From the NCBI GenBank assembly GCA_964585235.1, contig CAZPDD010000001.1, positions 1 through 30,084 of the forward strand: a stretch of DNA of 30,084 nucleotides, given 5' to 3'. Made by a program: the position numbers and the translations under genes. Source of the stretch: Candidatus Micrarchaeota archaeon. GTDB lineage: Archaea > Micrarchaeota > Micrarchaeia > Norongarragalinales > UBA97. Below the pieces are notes generated by a model. It had not been told where the DNA came from. It made no database searches and saw only the letters and a program-made list of their open reading frames with translations. This document shows, piece by piece, positions 25,690 to 30,084 of the stretch; the stretch's first letter is position 1; the number at the start of each line of letters is the position of its first letter.

Positions 25690-25953
25690 ATGGCGGATTT
25701 TTCGAGAAAACTCAAGTGCATCGCAATTGTCCCTGCAATCACGCCCGACGGCAAGCGGCGGCTGCAGTTGAGCTTCGGCCGCGAAATAGACCTGATCAAG
25801 CACACGACGCCGCAGGGCGTGCCAATCACGCACGACAACGAGGCCATCTTTTACCTTGACGAGGAAGTCTTCGCCAAGGTCAAGCGGAAGATTCTCGTAG
25901 GCGAGGAATACACTCTGAGCGTCAGCGACGGCGGCGAGATAAGGATAAAATGA
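25690..25953 (+). CDS. Hypothetical protein (about 87 aa, beta-rich)
   Basis: 3' part of track ORF 25114..25953. GGGGAGTGA precedes ATG25690; alternative start 25657. Confidence 0.7.
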   Translation: MADFSRKLKCIAIVPAITPDGKRRLQLSFGREIDLIKHTTPQGVPITHDNEAIFYLDEEVFAKVKRKILVGEEYTLSVSDGGEIRIK

Positions 25954-26093
25954 ATCTCTGAACGATACCGACCGGCGATGAGGAAGGAAAAATCTTAGAG
26001 CCGTTTATTTTAGGATTACTGAGACCAAGACGCGAATTGGAACAAGGAAAGTTTGTTTCGAATGCTTATTTGAAGAAGCAAATGAAGTTTTAG
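25950..26093 (+). pseudogene. Short antitoxin-like ORF with an in-frame TGA at codon 4
   Basis: The ATG overlaps the upstream stop (ATGA): MNL*TIPTGDEEGKILEPFILGLLRPRRELEQGKFVSNAYLKKQMKF*. Confidence 0.35.
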
Positions 26094-26096
26094 GCA

Positions 26097-27362
26097 CTAC
26101 ATCCACGCGCTCATGCGCTTTTGCGCAAGCACCCTGCTGCGGCTGACGTAAGACTGCACGGGCCGCTTGAGGCGCGTGCCAAGCAGCTCAAGCGCTTCGG
26201 AAAGCGAGGAGCACACGGCTGGCGGGCATCGCATTGCCTGGCGCACGTTCTCGCGCACCTGCCAAACCCCCGCAGGCACCTGGTAGCCCTCGCCAACTTC
26301 CCTGAACACTACAACGCGCGCCTGCCTGCCCATTGCAAAAAGCGCCTCGACAACCCCCAAGCGCGAGGCATAATAGCCGCCGCCCTCAAGCTCGGCATAG
26401 CTCGTGCGGCCCTCGAAGGGCTCGAATTCCGATAGGATGTCTGAAGAAGACTGCTCGGCCCACGGCGTCGATGGCGCCCAGCTCTCGAAGTTCTCAAACT
26501 CCCACATTCCCGGCATCAGCAAGACCGAAAAGTGGTTGAACATGAAGTCATTAGAGAAGACGAGGAAATTGCTGAGCTCTGGAAAATCACGCACTTGCGC
26601 CAGCAAGTGCTTGGCGATGATGTCGTCAGCTCCTGTGATGCTCCACTTCGTTGGAACGAGCTTTCTCTCGTGGCCGAGAATGCCCGCGCTCAAAAGCTTT
26701 TGAACGTAATAATAGTCAAGCCCGTGCGACAAGAGTTCGGGAACCGCGTCGCGCACGAGCAGCTTGTCCTCCACAACGTCGTCGACAACCCCGGGGATTT
26801 GCGGGTTGTCCGCGAGCGAGAATTTTTTCACCAAGCCGCTTGGCCCCATCGGCTGGCTCTGCGGAGAGAAGAACATCCCAAAGCGCGGCTTTTGCGAAAA
26901 CGAAACTTCGATGTCAACTGACTGGCGCGACATCACGGCGTCCTGCACGTCCTGCAAATAACGCGACTCTTCGGAAATGCCGTGCAGTTTTTTTCCGCGC
27001 ACCAAGTTAACACGCATTCGGATGACTTCATCATAAGACAAGCTGGTCCACTGGGCCGGCGAGTCAAGCAACTCGGCGCCGGTGTTTTCCGCAACGCTGA
27101 CAAGCGGGCCGACGAAAACATTCGGGTAGCCGTGCTCGCCAACGAACAAGTTCGGCGGTGAGGGGCCGAAAACTTCGGCGCCGATTTTTTTCTCAACATC
27201 AGGCATTGCTAGAAGCTTTGAAAGAACCGGAGAGTGCTCGCCGCCGGGGTATAGCTGGCCCTTGTAGCGCACGAAAACCTGCCCATTCGACTTGACAACC
27301 TCAAGGTCCCTGAAAACCGAGCGCTTGGGCAGGCCGAGCCTATTGTTTAAAACAGCCACCAT
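26097..27362 (-). CDS. nreA: Nre-family archaeal DNA repair protein
   Basis: GPSPPNLFVGEHGYPNVFVGPL, RKLVPTKWSITGADD, GRTSYA...GGYYASRL, GVWQVRENVR and a C-terminal PIP-like QKRMSAWM. Confidence 0.92.
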   Translation of the reverse strand: MVAVLNNRLGLPKRSVFRDLEVVKSNGQVFVRYKGQLYPGGEHSPVLSKLLAMPDVEKKIGAEVFGPSPPNLFVGEHGYPNVFVGPLVSVAENTGAELLDSPAQWTSLSYDEVIRMRVNLVRGKKLHGISEESRYLQDVQDAVMSRQSVDIEVSFSQKPRFGMFFSPQSQPMGPSGLVKKFSLADNPQIPGVVDDVVEDKLLVRDAVPELLSHGLDYYYVQKLLSAGILGHERKLVPTKWSITGADDIIAKHLLAQVRDFPELSNFLVFSNDFMFNHFSVLLMPGMWEFENFESWAPSTPWAEQSSSDILSEFEPFEGRTSYAELEGGGYYASRLGVVEALFAMGRQARVVVFREVGEGYQVPAGVWQVRENVRQAMRCPPAVCSSLSEALELLGTRLKRPVQSYVSRSRVLAQKRMSAWM

Positions 27363-27637
27363 GCGAGTAGGAATAACTTCCAGCGAATAAAAAGCAAACG
27401 GCAACACAGTGGCTTGCCGGATGTTTCCCCCATTTTGTAAAAAAACTGCCTATGCGCCAACTGGTTGGCAGGATTTGGCTAAAAAATTTGGAAAAGCCTG
27501 GCCGCGCCAAAAAAAATTTGTGCGAAAACCGTTTACTAATAGTGGAAGCGAGGGAATAGTTTTATTTAAATAGCGCTTTTCGCATATTTTAGACGGACTG
27601 AAAGACAATTTTTGGCTTCAAAAAACACCCCACCTTC

Positions 27638-27795
27638 GCCTCGTAAAAGGCTGGAAAAAAGATGCCTCATACAAGCCCCTTGCAAGTCCCTTACGAGCCT
27701 CGTAAGAGCCACTTACGTCCGAGGGATTTTTCTCGTAAAAGGCGCTTATTTACGAGGCTTAGTCAGTTTTGGCTCGTGAGAGGCTTGTAAAAGGC
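27638..27795. repeat. Cluster of CTCGTAA / TTACGAG direct and inverted repeats
   Basis: Core copies at 27640(+), 27691(-), 27699(+), 27732(+) and 27750(-). CTCGTAAAAGGC occurs at 27640 and 27732, and variant CTTGTAAAAGGC at 27784. Palindrome CTTACGAG-C-CTCGTAAG spans 27690-27706. Confidence 0.75.
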
Positions 27796-27875
27796 ATTAG
27801 TGGAAGAGCAAGTCTTTTATATGCCGTTTGCGTTGTTTGTACGTCTTTTGTTGGGTTAGTTGGTGGGTTAGCCAG

Positions 27876-29108
27876 ATGGTTGAAAACAAGGGGATATTCG
27901 AAGCGAGGGAAAAGCTCCTCGGCGAGCTTGGCTGGACGGAAAACCCGTTCATCAAGGATCTTCGCATTTACGACAAGCAAAGCTTCCTCAACTACTACTG
28001 CCCCCTTGACGGCGAAAAGGTGCTCGAACGGCTGGCTTTTGACGCCAAGGCTTGCATACTAGTCGGGCCCAAGGGGGTTGGCAAGACGAGCGCGCTCTAC
28101 TACGCCTACTACCAGTTGCCGGGCGACGAGTTCCGGCCAGTCATGCTCAAGCAACCGCCCGCAACCTTGACGGAATTGGCGGCTGAAATGGGCTTGAAAA
28201 AGCAGGAGACGGTCGGGGAGGCCATTTATTACTCAATCGCAGGCTTGGCTGGCGTTAAAAAGCCAAAAAAAGACGTCAGCAGGCGGGAACTGGTGGAATT
28301 CTTGAGGGGGTCGGGCAAGAAAATCGTGCTGTTTGTGGACGAGGCGCATTTGGTGGCCGACCACGGGACATACATGGAGTACAAGTACTTGCTTGACGAG
28401 GTGCCAAACCTGCGCATTGTCTTTAGCACCCTCAGTGCAGAGGGGATGCCGGACAGTTTGCTGCACTTGGTGGGGGACGGGAACGTGCTTTCGCGAAAAG
28501 GGTTTTCAACCGAGGAAATGCACCAAATCATAGCGCACAGGATAGAGAGCGTCGGGGGAAAAGGGACGCACCCCTTCTCGAAAGGCGCGCTTGAGGAGGC
28601 GTTCACCGACCACAACCTGCTGACGCCCCGCTATGCGTTTGACGAGCTTAACAGGCGGCTTGCAGAAATGGCGGTTGGCAAGCGCAACTTGGTGCAGGAG
28701 GCAAACCGCCTCGGGGCTGGAGACGAGATAGTCAAGGCCGCTGTTGAAGCCACCAGGGAAGGCAAGGCCGGAAGTTCGGCTCCGACGGTAACCGGAGGCG
28801 GGAAGCTGACGAAAGTGCACGCCGACTGGTGGGTTTCGCTGTCGCCAAGCCAGCAGGGAGTGATGCAGCTGTTGCTTGAGCACGGCGAGGGCTTGACGCT
28901 GCACGAAGTGTGCCAAGCGGCTGGATTGGCGGAAAACACGGCTTTCAACGCGCTTTACCAGCTTAGGGGCGAGGATGGAAAAGAGCTTGAACGAAAGAAA
29001 AACGTGCCTTTCCCGCTTGTTGACGTCGAGGCGAGGATGGTGGGCGGGAGGAAGAAAAACCTCTACCACGTGGCGGAGAAGGTAAGGAATTTGTTCACAG
29101 TGAGCTAG
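27876..29108 (+). CDS. AAA+ ATPase (ExeA/MshM-like AAA_22 type) with C-terminal winged-HTH
   Basis: LGWTENPF N-terminus, Walker A GPKGVGKT, Walker B LFVDEAH, FSTEEMHQIIAHRI, and wHTH LSPSQQGVMQLLL...LTLHEVCQAAGLAENTAFNALYQL. Confidence 0.85.
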   Translation: MVENKGIFEAREKLLGELGWTENPFIKDLRIYDKQSFLNYYCPLDGEKVLERLAFDAKACILVGPKGVGKTSALYYAYYQLPGDEFRPVMLKQPPATLTELAAEMGLKKQETVGEAIYYSIAGLAGVKKPKKDVSRRELVEFLRGSGKKIVLFVDEAHLVADHGTYMEYKYLLDEVPNLRIVFSTLSAEGMPDSLLHLVGDGNVLSRKGFSTEEMHQIIAHRIESVGGKGTHPFSKGALEEAFTDHNLLTPRYAFDELNRRLAEMAVGKRNLVQEANRLGAGDEIVKAAVEATREGKAGSSAPTVTGGGKLTKVHADWWVSLSPSQQGVMQLLLEHGEGLTLHEVCQAAGLAENTAFNALYQLRGEDGKELERKKNVPFPLVDVEARMVGGRKKNLYHVAEKVRNLFTVS

Positions 29109-29173
29109 GCGGGGACAAAAGACGAGGGGGCTTTGAGACAAAGCCAGAAACGCAATTGGAGGAGGATTTGAAA

Positions 29174-29413
29174 ATGGACGTAACGAACATGAGCTGGGTG
29201 GAAGTATTGGCTAATTTGGGCGGAAGCAGCGCTTCCTACAAGCTCGAGTCGGCCGGCGGACGCGTCAAGCTCGCTGTAGACGGCATTGCCTGGCCAAAGG
29301 CAGGAAGACGCCAGGCAGTCATGGCCAAACGGGCGAGGCTGGCAGCGACACTCAGGCAGAAGGCTAGGCCGAGGATACTTGGCGCCAGGTCGGCACGACC
29401 GCAAGTAATTTAA
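29174..29413 (+). CDS. Small hypothetical protein with Arg-rich C-terminus
   Basis: 79 aa from ATG29174 (GGAGG upstream), located between the AAA+ and histone genes. Confidence 0.55.
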   Translation: MDVTNMSWVEVLANLGGSSASYKLESAGGRVKLAVDGIAWPKAGRRQAVMAKRARLAATLRQKARPRILGARSARPQVI

Positions 29414-29510
29414 TTTCTTTCATGGGCAAAACAAAGAGTTCGAGGCGGAAGAAAGCCCCGGGTGGGACTTGGGCTCCTTCTTCCGCAAAAAGGGTTTGGG
29501 TGGGGTTAAA

Positions 29511-29744
29511 GTGGCCAGCAAGACAGTGTATTCGCTATTCGAGTTGGACGACTACCTTAGGCGCGCGGGGGCGCAGCGGGTGGACGAACGCGCCAGCCGC
29601 AAGCTAGGCGAGCTGCTTGAAGACAACGGCAAGACGCTCTTGCACAAGGCAAGGGTGCTGGCACGCCACGCGGGCAGGAGACAAATCCTGCGAAACGACG
29701 TTTTGCTTGCCGCGAGAATGCTGCGGCGCGCAGAAGCAAGATAG
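29511..29744 (+). CDS. Archaeal histone-fold protein
   Basis: LRRAGAQRVDERASRKLGELLE...ARVLARHAGRRQILRNDVLLAA matches HMf-type RxV...KHAGRKTIKxED. GTG29511 has a GGTGGGG SD; alternative TTG29469 adds 14 aa. Confidence 0.88.
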   Translation: MASKTVYSLFELDDYLRRAGAQRVDERASRKLGELLEDNGKTLLHKARVLARHAGRRQILRNDVLLAARMLRRAEAR

Positions 29745-29775
29745 TGGCGTTAAACCGCCATACCTAAATAGTTTT

Positions 29776-30084
29776 TCAACCACTTAACTGCCGCTTAACT
29801 ACTTCCGCCGCCTTGCGCAGGAAAGCGTCTTCGCCGCCTGGCGGGAAGGAGGCGCCTGCGGCGACTTTGTGCCCGCCGCCAAGGCCGCCGGCTGCTTGAG
29901 CCGCGCTGCGCATGACCTCGTTCAAGTCAAGGCCGGCGGCAACCAGCTGCTTGTTCGCCCTGCCGCTTGCCTTGATGCCGCCGTTCTCGTCAAGCGAAAA
30001 GCCGAGAATTGGCCTGCTGCGGTCGCGCCAGCCGGAGTTGAAGTAATTGCCAATCACCGTGCCGATGACGGTGTCGCTAATCTT
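29776..30084 (-). CDS. Archaeal RecJ/GAN-like DHH nuclease, C-terminal DHHA1 part (5' end outside the window)
   Basis: Frame is open to the window end (KISDTVIGTVIG...). IKASGR...GLDLNEVM...GGLGGGHKVAAGA is the DHHA1 signature. Confidence 0.85.
   Translation of the reverse strand, partial: KISDTVIGTVIGNYFNSGWRDRSRPILGFSLDENGGIKASGRANKQLVAAGLDLNEVMRSAAQAAGGLGGGHKVAAGASFPPGGEDAFLRKAAEVVKRQLSG

Noticed and set aside
27876-29108. Calling the AAA+/wHTH gene orc1/cdc6
   Set aside because: The N-terminal WxxNPF and post-Walker-B patterns fit ExeA-like ATPases better. No ORB-type G-string repeats were seen.
29422-29607. Basic ORF MGKTKSSRRKKAPGG... as a frameshift-fused histone tail
   Set aside because: It is in a different frame from the histone. 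The slippery-looking heptamers (A AAG GGT, G GGT TTG) are phased to the histone frame, so they do not support the required shift.
1-30084. CRISPR array, rRNA, transposase or integrase
   Set aside because: No regularly spaced repeat-spacer units and no recognisable rRNA or DDE/tyrosine-recombinase motifs were seen.

Overview
Archaeal chromosomal window. Evidence: histone-fold gene, Nre, archaeal Lhr, archaeal RecJ-type DHHA1, and TATA-like boxes about 22-25 nt before apparently leaderless ATG/GTG/TTG starts. A DPANN/Micrarchaeota-like origin is my inference and is not tested. Left end: AT-rich, 5'-truncated GHKL (MORC/MutL-like) ATPase with a C-terminal wHTH, small antitoxin-like genes, a HAD hydrolase and an NDT-like protein. 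Centre: bacterial-type uvrB-uvrA and uvrC (separated by an AbrB-PIN toxin-antitoxin pair and an orphan gene), then lhr. The main feature is an apparently complete eukaryote-like ubiquitylation set at 18.2-24.3 kb: E2 (HPN...C), a ubiquitin-fold protein ending in GG, an Rpn11/CSN5-like JAMM protease, a wHTH+RING E3 candidate, and an E1 with a UBA2/UBA3-like catalytic Cys. These genes lie in four transcription units. E2 and Ubl share a 17/20 promoter motif. Two accessory proteins (277 aa and an unannotated 51 aa) share N- and C-terminal motifs. Right end: rhomboid, Nre, a CTCGTAA repeat cluster upstream of an AAA+/wHTH gene, a histone, and a partial RecJ-like gene. No rRNA, tRNA, CRISPR array or transposase was recognised. 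All family calls come from motif reading; no database search was run.
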